Positions 25,413-37,412 are shown, counted from the first letter of the stretch. The stretch: DNA of 64,000 nt from an uncultured Acidobacteriota bacterium (GCA_963744445.1 CAVUTP010000015.1:17744-81743), one strand, 5' to 3'. The notes: generated by a model not told the origin, from the sequence alone. Made by a program: numbers and translations.

Positions 25413-26279
25413 CTATTTCCCCGTCATTCTCTCGTAAAGCCGCTGCAGTTCGTCCTCGGACTTGAACTCGACCTCGATCTTGCCGCCCTTGCGCTTGCGC
25501 AGGATACGGACCGGCGTGCCCAGCGCCATGCGGAGATCCTGCTCGGCCGCGCGCGTGTGCACGTCTGAGGGCTTCGCGGTCTTCGGCTTCGGCGGGCCCG
25601 CGAGCAGGCGCTTCACGAGCGCCTCGGTGTCGCGCACCGACAGCCTCTTCGCCACGACTTCCGCCGCGGCGCGCGCGATCGCCGCCTCCTGCTCGAGCGC
25701 GAGCAGCGCGCGCGCGTGACCCATCGAGAGCACGTTGGCCGACACCTGGTCGCGCACCGACTGCGGCAGGCGCAGCAGCCGTACGATGTTCGCGATCGAC
25801 GAGCGGTCCTTCCCCACCGCCGTCGAGATCTGCTCCTGCGTCAGGTCGAACTCGTCGGCGAGGCGCCGGTACGCGAGCGCCTCTTCCATCGGGTTGAGGT
25901 CCTCGCGCTGGATGTTCTCGATCAGCGCCATCTCGAGCAGCCGCCCCTCCTGCCCCGGCTCGATGTCCTTGACGACGACGGGGACCTTGAGGAGGCCGGC
26001 GTGCTGGGCGGCGCGCCAGCGGCGCTCGCCCGCGATGATCTGGAAGCCGCCGTCGACACGCCGCACGATGATGGGCTGGATGATGCCGTTGGCGGCAATC
26101 GAGCGCGCCAGCTCCTCGATGCCCTCCGCGTCCACCTGCTGCCGCGGCTGGTAGCGGTTGGGCAGGATGCGATCGACGTCCACTTCGAGGGTCGCGCCGC
26201 GCGGCGGCTCGGGAACGTCGGGGATCAGCGCGCTCAGGCCTTTGCCGAGGGCGGGGCGTTTTTCGATCAGCCGTGTCAT
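25413..26279 (-). CDS. parB: Chromosome partitioning protein ParB
   Basis: ALGKGLSALI, PNRYQPR, IIAGERRWRA, ENIQREDL, HTH. Confidence 0.96.
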   Translation of the reverse strand: MTRLIEKRPALGKGLSALIPDVPEPPRGATLEVDVDRILPNRYQPRQQVDAEGIEELARSIAANGIIQPIIVRRVDGGFQIIAGERRWRAAQHAGLLKVPVVVKDIEPGQEGRLLEMALIENIQREDLNPMEEALAYRRLADEFDLTQEQISTAVGKDRSSIANIVRLLRLPQSVRDQVSANVLSMGHARALLALEQEAAIARAAAEVVAKRLSVRDTEALVKRLLAGPPKPKTAKPSDVHTRAAEQDLRMALGTPVRILRKRKGGKIEVEFKSEDELQRLYERMTGK

Positions 26280-26316
26280 TTCTCGATCTCTTGAGTTGTT
26301 GATCTTTCGATTGATT

Positions 26317-27138
26317 TCACGATTGCGCAGATTTCACGAATTGCGGCGCGGCGGTTGCGGCCGGCGCGTGGCGGTCGAGGAACTCGCGGGCGAGCGCGAG
26401 GTACGCCTCGGCGCCGCGGGACTTCGGGTCGTAAAGCGCGACGGGCATGCCGTGGCTCGGCGCCTCGCCAAGCCGCACGTTGCGCGGAATCACCGTCGAA
26501 TACGTCTTCTCCTTGAAGAACGCGCGCACGTCGCGGCCGACCTGCTGTCCCAGGTTCGTCCGCTCGTCGTACATCGTCAGCAGCACGCCCTCGATGTCGA
26601 GCGCCGGGTTCAACGCGGCGCGCACGCGGCGCATCGTCGAGATCAACTCGGCGAGCCCCTCGAGCGCGAAGTACTCGCAATGCAAGGGAATCAGGACGGA
26701 GTCCGCGGCAACGAGCGCGTTGAGCGTGAGCAGGCCGAGCGACGGAGGACAGTCGATGAAGACGTGGTTGTAACGGTCGGCAAGGGGACGGAGCAACCGG
26801 CGGAGGCGCTGCTCGCGCGCGAGAAGGCCGACCATCTCGATTTCCGCGCCGGTCAGGTGGCGGTCGGCGGGGACGATGTCCAGGCCTTGCACGGCCGTGT
26901 GGAGAACATAAGGCGAAAGGTCGCCGTCCACGTCGACCGACGTCAGCGCGGAGTAGATGGACCGGCCGTCTGGGACGCGATCCCGCATGCCGACACCGCT
27001 GGTGAGGTTGGCCTGGGGGTCGATGTCCACGACGAGGACCGAACGCTCCCCGAGCGCGAGCGACGCGGCCAGGTTGATGGCCGTCGTGGTCTTGCCCACG
27101 CCGCCCTTCTGGTTGGCAACAGCTGTTATCTTGCCCAT
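26317..27138 (-). CDS. parA: Chromosome partitioning ATPase ParA/Soj
   Basis: ANQKGGVGKTT, DIDPQAN, IDCPPSLG, IPRNVRLGEAPSHG. Confidence 0.96.
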   Translation of the reverse strand: MGKITAVANQKGGVGKTTTAINLAASLALGERSVLVVDIDPQANLTSGVGMRDRVPDGRSIYSALTSVDVDGDLSPYVLHTAVQGLDIVPADRHLTGAEIEMVGLLAREQRLRRLLRPLADRYNHVFIDCPPSLGLLTLNALVAADSVLIPLHCEYFALEGLAELISTMRRVRAALNPALDIEGVLLTMYDERTNLGQQVGRDVRAFFKEKTYSTVIPRNVRLGEAPSHGMPVALYDPKSRGAEAYLALAREFLDRHAPAATAAPQFVKSAQS

Positions 27139-27288
27139 TATCAATAACTTACAAGGAATTTGCCGAGACGGGCCGCACGAGCACGAGGGCAATCAGGATA
27201 GCAGATCCATTTGTTGATTTAACGATTTGTTGACTTCTTGATTTTCATTTTGGCTTATTGCAGAGATTACGAGTGCTAGAGTATTGCC

Positions 27289-27948
27289 GTGACGAGCCGT
27301 GAGTTTGCGGAGCGCGTAACCAGGTTGGGCAAGCGGGCCGGCGTGCCGCCGGCGGCGGCGCTGGTCGCGTCACTCGAGGCCTACTACCGGGTGCTCGAAG
27401 CCTGGAACGCGAAGATCAACCTTACCGCGCTCGACCTGGCCGGCGGCGGGGATGCCACCATCGACCGGCTGCTGATCGAGCCGCTGGTTGCGGCGAGGCA
27501 GATACCGCGCGATGCGGCGCAACTGATCGACATCGGCTCCGGCGGCGGCTCCCCCGCCATCCCGATGAAGCTGGCGCGGCCCGAGGTGTCCTTCACGCTG
27601 GTGGAGGCCAAGACGCGGAAGTCGGCGTTCCTTCGCGAGGCGGCGCGGCGGCTGGAGATCGAGCTGCGCGTCGAAACATCCCGCTACGAGGCGTTGCTCA
27701 CGAGGCCGGACCTGCACGAATCGTTCGACGTTGCCACCATGCGGGCGGTCCGCGTCGAGCGGCCGGTCCTGATGAACATCCAAGCCTTCCTCAAGCCAGG
27801 CGGCCTGTTCTTGCTCTTTCGGGGCCCCTCCGGCCCCGACCAGCCCACTGCCCCGACCCCCCCGCTATTCTGGGAGGGCACGCACCTGCTCGTGGACGCG
27901 CTGCAGAGTCGGCTCACGGTGCTCAGGAAGATGGGGGCCAGGGACTAA
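27289..27948 (+). CDS. rsmG: 16S rRNA m7G527 methyltransferase RsmG (GidB)
   Basis: WNAKINLTA, LIDIGSGGGSPAIP, LVEAKTRKSAFL, RAV. Confidence 0.9.
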   Translation: MTSREFAERVTRLGKRAGVPPAAALVASLEAYYRVLEAWNAKINLTALDLAGGGDATIDRLLIEPLVAARQIPRDAAQLIDIGSGGGSPAIPMKLARPEVSFTLVEAKTRKSAFLREAARRLEIELRVETSRYEALLTRPDLHESFDVATMRAVRVERPVLMNIQAFLKPGGLFLLFRGPSGPDQPTAPTPPLFWEGTHLLVDALQSRLTVLRKMGARD

Positions 27949-28035
27949 ACGGGAATTCACTTGTCTTGACCACGAAGAACGAAAGGCACGAAGGCCAAAG
28001 CCCTTGTGCCTTCGTGTTCTCTTGATCTCGTGGTC
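27949..28035 (+). repeat. CACGAAG-type palindromic repeat, full hairpin
   Basis: gaccacgaagaac..cacgaaggc pairs with gccttcgtgttct..tcgtggtc. Confidence 0.75.
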
Positions 28036-28059
28036 GTTCCTCGTCAAGCGAAGCGGTAC

Positions 28060-28115
28060 TGTTTCACGTGGAACAACTTCGTGCCGGGGTATGGGGTTGT
28101 GTTCCACGTGGAACC
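28060..28115. promoter_or_regulatory. Two parS sites
   Basis: TGTTTCACGTGGAACA (28060-28075) and TGTTCCACGTGGAACC (28100-28115) match the parS consensus TGTTNCACGTGAAACA; about 1 kb from parA. Confidence 0.9.
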
Positions 28116-28227
28116 TGCGGCAGGTGCGGCGTGGCGGCCCGACGACGCCCTTACCCCTAGACCCTTAACTCTCGACCTCTTCTTTGCCCTGGCCCCGAGC
28201 TAGCCCCTATCCCCTAACCCCGAGTCC

Positions 28228-30070
<1,843 letters not shown>

Positions 30071-30165
30071 TCTTTGATTGGTTGATTCCTTGATTGGTTG
30101 ATTTGATTTCTTGATTGCTGGATTTTTTGATTGTCTCTCGAGCCCTCCACCGGGACGGTCAAATT

Positions 30166-31713
30166 TCATTTTCCAACGCAGAACTTCGAGAAGATTTCCC
30201 CCAGCAGCTCATCCGTCGTCCGCCGCCCCGTGACTTCTTCGAGCGTGGCGCGGGCGCGCTGGAGATCCGCGAGGATCATCTCCTCAGGCACCGTCTCACC
30301 GGCGGCTGCGTTCGCCAACAGCTCGCCGGCTGCATCGAGCGCCTCCCGGACCCGGCCCAGGAGCTCGATGTGCCGCGGGTTGCTCAGTGCGGGGGGTTCC
30401 GCAACGCCAGACCACCCTAGTTCTCTGTTGATTGACCTAATTAGGTCGTTTACCCCACTTCCACTCAATCCAGAGACAGCCACGACGTCGAACCCGCTTG
30501 CCCGCCGATGTCCCGGAGGGGCATCGGGCGAAGGCGGGTCTTCCAAAGTCTCCCGACCGCCAAAGTCACCCGCTTGCCCGCCGAAGCCTGCGGGAGGCCT
30601 TGGGCGAAGGCGGGACCTCACCGGCAGGTCGGCCTTGTTGCAAACGACAACCCGAGGGCCGGCCGCCGTGTCCTCGAGCAGCCGCAGGTCCTCGTCCTCG
30701 AGCGGCGCCGAACCGTCCAGCACCAGGACCACCAGGTCCGCGGCCGCCCGCGCCCGGTCCGCGCGCGCCACCCCCTCCCGCTCCACGGGATCGGCACTTG
30801 CCCGCACGCCCGCCGTGTCTACCAGCGTCACCCGCAGCCCGTCGAGCGTCACCACCTCCGTCAGCAGGTCCCTCGTCGTCCCGGGCACCTCCGTCACGAT
30901 GGCACGATCGTGGCCGACCAGCCGGTTGAACAGCGTGGACTTCCCCACGTTCGTCCGCCCCACCAGTGCAACCGTCGCGCCTTCCCTGACCAGGCGGCCC
31001 TGCGTCCCTTCGTGGACGAGCGCCTCGACTCGCTCCCGGACACCCCGGAGGATCGCTTCGACCTCCCCCGGCCCCACGAACCGGTAGCCCTCGTCCGGGA
31101 AGTCGATGGACGCCTCGAGCCGAGCCGACAAGGCGAAGAGCTCGCGCTCGATCTCCGCGAGCCGGCCGCTCAGAGTCCCGGTCAACTGGTCGAACGCCAC
31201 CCTCGCCTGCAGGGGCGTCGTCGCTTCCACCAAATCCCGCACCGCCTCCGCCTGCGCAAGGTCCAATCGGCCGTTCAGGAACGCCCGCAGCGTGAACTCC
31301 CCCGGCCCCGCCGGGCGCGCCCCCGCCTCCACGGCCGCCTGGACGATTGCGCCTGCAATGACGATGCTCCCGTGCAAACTGATCTCGACGACGGCTTCGC
31401 CGGTATAGGACGCGGGGGAGGCGAAGGGAAGGACAATCACGTCGTCCCGGATCATTGGTTGATCTGGGGATTTGTTGAGTTGTCGATTTGATCTGTTGAG
31501 TTGTTGATTGCCGATTTGGGAGGGTGCGGCGAGGGAGCCGGGCGCCGGGACGGCGATGCGAGCGAGGACCGCGCGCCTGGGCGTGAAGGTGACGGGCCGC
31601 TCCAGCAGCGACAGGGCGATGGGGAAGGCCTGGGGACCGCTCAGCCTCACCACGGCCAGCCCACCCCGCCCTGGGGGGGTTGCCACAGCCACAATGGTAT
31701 CTGACGGCGTCAT
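30166..31713 (-). CDS. mnmE: tRNA modification GTPase MnmE (TrmE) with two repeat-derived insertions
   Basis: [60 protein letters not shown]. Confidence 0.97.
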   Translation of the reverse strand: MTPSDTIVAVATPPGRGGLAVVRLSGPQAFPIALSLLERPVTFTPRRAVLARIAVPAPGSLAAPSQIGNQQLNRSNRQLNKSPDQPMIRDDVIVLPFASPASYTGEAVVEISLHGSIVIAGAIVQAAVEAGARPAGPGEFTLRAFLNGRLDLAQAEAVRDLVEATTPLQARVAFDQLTGTLSGRLAEIERELFALSARLEASIDFPDEGYRFVGPGEVEAILRGVRERVEALVHEGTQGRLVREGATVALVGRTNVGKSTLFNRLVGHDRAIVTEVPGTTRDLLTEVVTLDGLRVTLVDTAGVRASADPVEREGVARADRARAAADLVVLVLDGSAPLEDEDLRLLEDTAAGPRVVVCNKADLPVRSRLRPRPPAGFGGQAGDFGGRETLEDPPSPDAPPGHRRASGFDVVAVSGLSGSGVNDLIRSINRELGWSGVAEPPALSNPRHIELLGRVREALDAAGELLANAAAGETVPEEMILADLQRARATLEEVTGRRTTDELLGEIFSKFCVGK

Positions 31714-31870
31714 TTGTTGATTTCTTGACCCTGGTGATTTCTGATTGACTGGTGGATTTGGTGATGTGCTGATTGAAGCCGCCCCCGCCGGGCCGGCACA
31801 TCAATCGATCAATCAACCAATCGATCAATCAATCAACAAATCAACAAGTCAGAAGATCAACAAATGACAT

Positions 31871-32341
31871 TTATCGACGTTTCGGCGAGATGATGACCGT
31901 CTTGACGGACGCGTCCCCGATGCTTTCCGTTTCCGCCAGCCCCTGCTCGGCGACCGCCATGTGGACGATGCGGCGCTCGTAGGCGTTGAGCGGCCCGAGC
32001 TGCTGGTCCACGCCCGTCCGCCGGGCCTTCTCGCCGAGGAACAGCGCCATCTGCTTCAGCTCGACGTCCTTGTCGCGCCGGAAGTCCATGCAGTCCACCA
32101 CCACGCGGCGGTGCTCGGGCAGCTCGTCGCGGAACACCGTGGCCGTGATGTGCTGCAGCGCGTTCAGCGCCTCGCCCTTGTGCCGTAGCATCATCGAGGC
32201 ATCGTCTCCCACGAGGTTGACCCGCGGGCCGTCCGGGGTGTCCTCCACCCGCGCCTCGAGCGCCAGGCCCATCGCCTCGGTCACGCTGTTCACGAAATCA
32301 AGCAGCCGGCTGTTCAGGTCGAGGTCGTCTACGGTGGACAT
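31871..32341 (-). CDS. jag: Jag/KhpB-like KH-R3H RNA-binding protein (short form)
   Basis: GEALNALQ, PLNAYERRIVH (R3H), ESIG; position between yidC and mnmE. Confidence 0.85.
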   Translation of the reverse strand: MSTVDDLDLNSRLLDFVNSVTEAMGLALEARVEDTPDGPRVNLVGDDASMMLRHKGEALNALQHITATVFRDELPEHRRVVVDCMDFRRDKDVELKQMALFLGEKARRTGVDQQLGPLNAYERRIVHMAVAEQGLAETESIGDASVKTVIISPKRR

Positions 32342-32477
32342 GGTGTCACTTTGCAATTGAGAGACTTGACGATTGTCTAATTCGCGTCTGGTCGGCTCGA
32401 ATCCGCCGCTTCGGTACGTCCTCGAGGCGGCGCTTCAGGCTCTCAAGGGTCAATTGCCAAGCAGACAATTGCCACCT

Positions 32478-34229
32478 TCACTTCGCTCCCCGCGCGACCT
32501 TCCCGACCTTCCTCACCGCCGGCGGCTGGGCGTGCACTTTCGCCGGGCCGACCAGGTGGTTGGTGAGGTACTGCTGCCCGATTGCGAGCAGGTTGCTGGC
32601 GAACCAGTAGATGACCAGGCCGCTCGGCGCCCACAGGAACATGAACATGAACACGAGCGGCATCATCAGCATCATCTTCTGCTGCATGGCCGCGTTCGGG
32701 TCCGGGCTCGCGGGCGTCATCCTCTGCTGCCAGAACTGGCTGGCCCCCATCAGGATCGGGGTGATGTAGAGCGGGTCGTGCACCGACAGGTCCTGGATCC
32801 AGAGCATGAACGGCGCGCCGCGAATCTCGATGGCCTGCGACAGGAGCGAGTAGAAGGCGAACAGCACGGGCAGCGTGAGCAGCATCGGGACGCAGCCGGC
32901 TGCCGGGTTCACGCCCCGTGTCTTGTAGAGGTTCATCACCTCCGCGTTCATCTTCTGCTTCTCGGGGTCGGTCGCCTTCAGCTTCCCGTACCGCTCCTGG
33001 ATCGCCTTCATCTCCGGCTGCAGTTCCTGCATCTTCCGCATCGACACCATGCTCTTGTGCCGCAGCGGGAACATCACGATGTTGATGAGGAGAGTCAGGA
33101 TGATGATGGACCAGCCGTAGTTGCCGATGTAGCCGTTGATCCACTTGAGGCCGCGGAGCAGCGGCACGGCCAGCCAGTCGAGCATCCCGTAGTTGATCGC
33201 GCGGACGAGCTTGCGGTCCACCGACGCCAGGACGTCGAAGTCCTTCGGGCCGAAGAAAAAGCGGAGACCCGACGCGGATTCGGCCTGGCGGAGGCCGAAG
33301 GCCATGTAATTGCGGGCCTTCTTCGGGTCGTTGGTCGGGTCCTGCACGACCACCGGCTCGTACGATACGCGGACCATCCGCTTCGGGAGGGCGATCGCGA
33401 TGAAGTAGTGGTCGTCCACGCCGGCCACGTTGAACTGGCCCTCGTGTACGGGCTGGGCGTTGATCTTCTTCGCGTCGAGCCGCTCCACCTTCTCGTCGCG
33501 GAAGATCATCCCCTGCGGCTTCTGCTCGTAGCTGCTCGCGGCGAGGTGAACGTCCCCGAGGCCGGGCCCCCACAGGATGGTGGGATTCCACGGGCGGCCG
33601 GTGCCTTCGACCTTTGCGTCGAAGCCAAACACGTAGGACTCCGGCTCGAAGGTGAACGTCTTGCTCGCCTTGACGCCGGAGCCGTCCTCGTAGTCGAACC
33701 GCAGCGTGCGCGCCGCGCCGGTGGCGTCCACCCGCGAGCCGGCCAGGTTTCCGCCCGGCAGGAACAGCGCCTCGCCCAGCCTCGCCGTCACCGCCGCATC
33801 GTCCACCCTCAGATCGAAGGGGCGCGCGGAGCCGGCGGGCACGTCGAGGGGCACCAACTCCTGTGGCTTGCCCTGCTTGTCGAAATAACGCTTCAGCTGC
33901 CAGCTCTTGATCCGGCCGCCCTTGTTCGTGAAGACGGCGCGAATGACGCGCGTCTCCACCACGATGTCCTGCTCGGATTCAGCCGCCACGCGCGGCTGGA
34001 CCGGGGGCGCGGTCGCGGCCGCCGCCGCCGACGACGCAGGAATGCCCGCCGGGGGAGGCAGGGCGGTCGCCGGCGACTCCTTGGGTGCGCCAGCCGACTG
34101 CTGCGGCCCGGTCGCCTGCGTGTCAGGGGTTCGCTGGGGCCCCGGAACCGGGGGCTTCAGGAAGAACGACTGGTACGCGTAAAGCACCAGGAACGACAGG
34201 AAGACAGCCAGGAGAACACGCTTTTCCAT
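32478..34229 (-). CDS. yidC: Membrane protein insertase YidC
   Basis: MEKRVLLA, GNYGWSIIILT, MQELQPEM, GVNPAAGC, WIQDLS, GLVIYW. Confidence 0.97.
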   Translation of the reverse strand: MEKRVLLAVFLSFLVLYAYQSFFLKPPVPGPQRTPDTQATGPQQSAGAPKESPATALPPPAGIPASSAAAAATAPPVQPRVAAESEQDIVVETRVIRAVFTNKGGRIKSWQLKRYFDKQGKPQELVPLDVPAGSARPFDLRVDDAAVTARLGEALFLPGGNLAGSRVDATGAARTLRFDYEDGSGVKASKTFTFEPESYVFGFDAKVEGTGRPWNPTILWGPGLGDVHLAASSYEQKPQGMIFRDEKVERLDAKKINAQPVHEGQFNVAGVDDHYFIAIALPKRMVRVSYEPVVVQDPTNDPKKARNYMAFGLRQAESASGLRFFFGPKDFDVLASVDRKLVRAINYGMLDWLAVPLLRGLKWINGYIGNYGWSIIILTLLINIVMFPLRHKSMVSMRKMQELQPEMKAIQERYGKLKATDPEKQKMNAEVMNLYKTRGVNPAAGCVPMLLTLPVLFAFYSLLSQAIEIRGAPFMLWIQDLSVHDPLYITPILMGASQFWQQRMTPASPDPNAAMQQKMMLMMPLVFMFMFLWAPSGLVIYWFASNLLAIGQQYLTNHLVGPAKVHAQPPAVRKVGKVARGAK

Positions 34230-34415
34230 GAACTAAAAGGCCTTTGCCCTGCGAAGATGCGGTCGCTGCGCCTAACGGTCGTTCACGGTTGACAGTTCAC
34301 CGTTAACGGTTCAGCCCCGGCTTGACGATGTACTCTCAACTCTCGTTCACGGCGTGGGGAACCCTCAACTCTCAACTCTCGACCGTAGATGCCGACCTGA
34401 CCCTTGACCGTGCCC

Positions 34416-34642
34416 CTACGGCACCGGGTCGTACCCGTGCGAGCCAAACGGTTGACAACGGCTGAGCCGTCGAAGCCCCAGCCAGCTGCCGCGTAGAACG
34501 CCGTACCGGCGCACGGCTTCGGCGGTGTAGTCCGAACAGGAAGGCAGGTACCGGCAGGACCCTGCAAACAGAGGCGAAACGAGGATCTTGTACGCTCGAA
34601 GGACCGCCAGCGCCCCACGGGCCCACAGCCCGGGCTCATCAT
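34416..34642 (-). CDS. yidD: Membrane protein insertion efficiency factor YidD; apparent frameshift just after the start
   Basis: SCRYLPSCSDY, RRLSRCQPFGSHGYDPVP. Confidence 0.9.
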
Positions 34643-35010
34643 GCCCCGGCGCTCGGCCGTCGCATTCGCCGCAGGGCGTATCGGAATTCGGCTTCAATGG
34701 TGGGGTACTCGACATCCAGCATGTCCCGCCGCGGGATGACGACGATATCCAGGCCGCCGGGGACGTCCGCCTTGCGAAACACCTCCCGCACCAGGCGCTT
34801 CGCCCGGTTACGGATGACGGCCCCGCCAAGTTTCCGGGTCGCCGCGATGCCCAGGCGGCTGCCGGGTCTCGCGTTGGGCAGCACCACCACCGTCATCAGC
34901 CGCAGGCGGAGCTTCTGGCCGCCCTCGTAGACACGCTTGAACTCCGGGCGCCGGCGGATGCGGCTGGCGTCCCTGAAGGTCTGACGTTTTGCGGGAGCAG
35001 CCTGTTCCAC
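34639..35010 (-). CDS. rnpA: Ribonuclease P protein component
   Basis: RLGIAATRKLGGAVIRNRAKRLVRE (RNR motif). Confidence 0.95.
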   Translation of the reverse strand: MEQAAPAKRQTFRDASRIRRRPEFKRVYEGGQKLRLRLMTVVVLPNARPGSRLGIAATRKLGGAVIRNRAKRLVREVFRKADVPGGLDIVVIPRRDMLDVEYPTIEAEFRYALRRMRRPSAGA

Positions 35011-35023
35011 CCGAGTCCCCCGG

Positions 35024-35158
35024 CTAGAGGGCCAGGCGCTTGCGACCCTTCGCGCGGCGACGCTTCAGCACCAGCCGGCCGCCCTTGGTGGCCATGCGGA
35101 CGAGGAAGCCGTGAGTCTTGTGACGACGACGATTATTGGGCTGAAACGTGCGCTTCAT
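35024..35158 (-). CDS. rpmH: 50S ribosomal protein L34
   Basis: [42 protein letters not shown]. Confidence 0.98.
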   Translation of the reverse strand: MKRTFQPNNRRRHKTHGFLVRMATKGGRLVLKRRRAKGRKRLAL

Positions 35159-35195
35159 GGCTGTCTGGCTCCAGATCGAGAGTGCCGAACTTTCA

Positions 35196-35225
35196 ATGGT
35201 AGCGGAGCCGTACAACCACTGTCAA
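35196..35225 (-). promoter_or_regulatory. Putative sigma70 promoter of the rpmH operon
   Basis: TTGACA-18 nt-TACCAT on the minus strand, about 40 nt upstream of rpmH. Confidence 0.6.
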
Positions 35226-35302
35226 ATGCGCGCGGCTTTGTGGTACATTGTTCAGCCTTCCCCGCTCTTCCGGCCCCCTCGGAGGGACCGCCTGAGTTCG
35301 GT

Positions 35303-35346
35303 CTATCCCCAGAGTTTTCCACAACTGTGGAAAAATATGTGGAAAA
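35303..35346. promoter_or_regulatory. DnaA-box cluster upstream of dnaA
   Basis: TTTTCCACA 35315-35323; TGTGGAAAA 35326-35334 and 35338-35346; weaker CTATCCCCA at 35303. Confidence 0.75.
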
Positions 35347-35526
35347 ACAGCCTCCCGGCACGGTCGTACCCCAGCCGATGCCCGGAAAATCAAGGCCTGA
35401 CCGAAAGGCGAAAGGCGCGAGCCCTGTATGGACGGGCTTTGGCGGGGCACGGAAGCGACGGAAATGCCTGATTTTGGGGGCGAAAGTCGGGAGAACTGAC
35501 CGGGACATCCGGGGGTCGGGCTTTGG

Positions 35527-35625
35527 GGGTCACTTTCGGGGTCGGGTCACTTTCGAGGTCGGGTCACTTTCGGGGTCGGGTCACTTTCGAGGTCGGGTCA
35601 CTTTCGGGGGTCGGGTCACTTTCGG
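35527..35625 (+). repeat. 6 x 17-bp tandem repeat GGGTCACTTTCG(A/G)GGTC abutting the dnaA start
   Basis: Units start at 35527, 35544, 35561, 35578, 35595 and 35613 (last one truncated); ATG at 35628. Confidence 0.95.
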
Positions 35626-35627
35626 TT

Positions 35628-37070
35628 ATGGAAACGAACATCTGGGACCGGGTGCTCGCTCGCATCGAGACGAAGGTAAACCGGCACTCGTTCTACACGT
35701 GGTTCAAGCCGGCCGTTTTCCTGGACGACGACGGCCAGACCGTCGCCGTTCGCGTCCCGGACCCTCTCGTCCGCAACTGGCTGTTGAAGCACTACTCGGC
35801 GGTCCTCACCGAGGCCCTCGACGAGGTCGGCCGCAAGGGTTCCACGGTCATCTTCGTCGCCGAGCAGCCGGCCGAACGCGAACCGTCCGACCAGGGCGGC
35901 GATCCTTTCGCGGAGGCGGGGGCGCCGAAAGCGCCGGCCAACGCCTTCGCGGATATCGCCGGAGAGCCGGCCGACCCGGCGCCACCCGTCGAACATCCGC
36001 CGGCCGTGCCGACGCCGGTCACGTCCCGCATGGACCCCGTCCCGGCCACCTCGCTGGCCGGCCTCAACCCGCGCTACTCGTTCGACACGTTCGTGGTGGG
36101 TCCCTCCAACCAGTTCGCCGAGGCGGCGTGCCGGGCGGTGGCGGAAACGCCGTCGAGGTCCTACAACCCGCTGTTCATCTACGGTGGCGTGGGCCTGGGC
36201 AAAACGCACCTCATGCACGCCATCGGGCACTACGTCCTCAACCACCACCGCAACGCCCACCTGACCTATATCTCGAGCGAGCGGTTCATGAACGAGATGA
36301 TCAACGCGGTCAAGAACGACCGGATCTTCGAGTTCCGCGAACGCTACCGCTCGGTGGACGTGCTGCTGGTGGACGACATCCAGTTCCTGGCCGGGAAGGA
36401 AGGCACGCAGACCGAGTTCTTCCACACCTTCAACTCGCTGTTCGACGCGCAAAAGCAGTTGGTCATCAGCAGCGACTGCCCGCCCCGCGAGATCCCGTCG
36501 CTCGAGGAACGGCTGCGCTCGCGCTTCGAATGGGGCCTGATCGCCGACATTCAGCCACCGGACCTCGAAACGAAGGTCGCGATCCTCAAGAAGAAGGCCG
36601 AGGCCGAGTCGATCCCGCTGCCCGACAACGTCGCTCTCTACATCGCGGGCAAGATCAAGTCGAACATCCGCGAGCTGGAGGGGTCGCTGATCCGGTTGAT
36701 CGCCTACGCCTCGCTGAAGGGCCAGGAAATCTCGCTCGCGCTGGCGCAGGAGGTGCTCAAGCACGTCCTCGACCACGACGAGAAGGCGGTGACCATCGAG
36801 GTCATCCAGAAGTACGTCGCCGACTACTATCGGCTCCGGCCGAACGAGCTGAAGACGCGCAACAACGCAAAGTCCGTGGCGCGGCCCCGCCAGATCGCGA
36901 TGTACCTCTGCAAGAACCTCACGAACGCCTCGCTCCCGGAAATCGGGCGGAGCTTCGGCGGCAAGCACCATTCGACGGTGATCCACTCGATCAAGATGGT
37001 CGAGAAGCTGAAGGACAACGATCGCGATTTCAACAACCTTCTCAACAGCTTCATGGAGTCGCTGCGCTGA
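35628..37070 (+). CDS. dnaA: Chromosomal replication initiator DnaA
   Basis: FYTWF, YNPLFIYGGVGLGKTHL, LLVDDIQF, RLRSRFEWGL, RQIAMYL, GGKHHSTV. Confidence 0.98.
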   Translation: METNIWDRVLARIETKVNRHSFYTWFKPAVFLDDDGQTVAVRVPDPLVRNWLLKHYSAVLTEALDEVGRKGSTVIFVAEQPAEREPSDQGGDPFAEAGAPKAPANAFADIAGEPADPAPPVEHPPAVPTPVTSRMDPVPATSLAGLNPRYSFDTFVVGPSNQFAEAACRAVAETPSRSYNPLFIYGGVGLGKTHLMHAIGHYVLNHHRNAHLTYISSERFMNEMINAVKNDRIFEFRERYRSVDVLLVDDIQFLAGKEGTQTEFFHTFNSLFDAQKQLVISSDCPPREIPSLEERLRSRFEWGLIADIQPPDLETKVAILKKKAEAESIPLPDNVALYIAGKIKSNIRELEGSLIRLIAYASLKGQEISLALAQEVLKHVLDHDEKAVTIEVIQKYVADYYRLRPNELKTRNNAKSVARPRQIAMYLCKNLTNASLPEIGRSFGGKHHSTVIHSIKMVEKLKDNDRDFNNLLNSFMESLR

Positions 37071-37149
37071 ATTCGGTCACTTGGCAAATGACTACTTGGC
37101 GATTGTCTATTTCGGAGAATTTGCCAAGTGGTCAATTGCTCCCTTGCTA

Positions 37150-37375
37150 CCTGACGCCCCGTCCTTCCACAGCCCTCTTTCCGGGCACACCGGGTTGACT
37201 GTTGAGCCGACGGGCCGGCCGCCGGCCGGGGCGTTCCGGGCGCCTGGATCCGCAGATGGCATCCACAGCGCAAATTACTCATAGGCAAGGACTAAACCGG
37301 GCAAATAACCTTTTCCACACACCTCTCTTTCCGGTATAATTTCTTTCTGTACTTTTCCTCTATTTCAGACGTACA
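37150..37375. other. Probable oriC segment between dnaA and dnaN
   Basis: DnaA-box-like CCTTCCACA 37163, GCATCCACA 37259 and TTTTCCACA 37311, then an AT-rich pyrimidine tract (37333-37370); gene orientation diverges around dnaA. Confidence 0.7.
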
Positions 37376-37412
37376 GAATCTTCAACGCGTCCCTCACGAG
37401 GTCAGCACCGCC

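Noticed and set aside
35527-35625. 17-bp array as CRISPR or as a DnaA N-terminal extension (ORF from 35523)
   Set aside because: There are no spacers; 17 is not a multiple of 3; the DnaA-like sequence starts at METNIW (35628)
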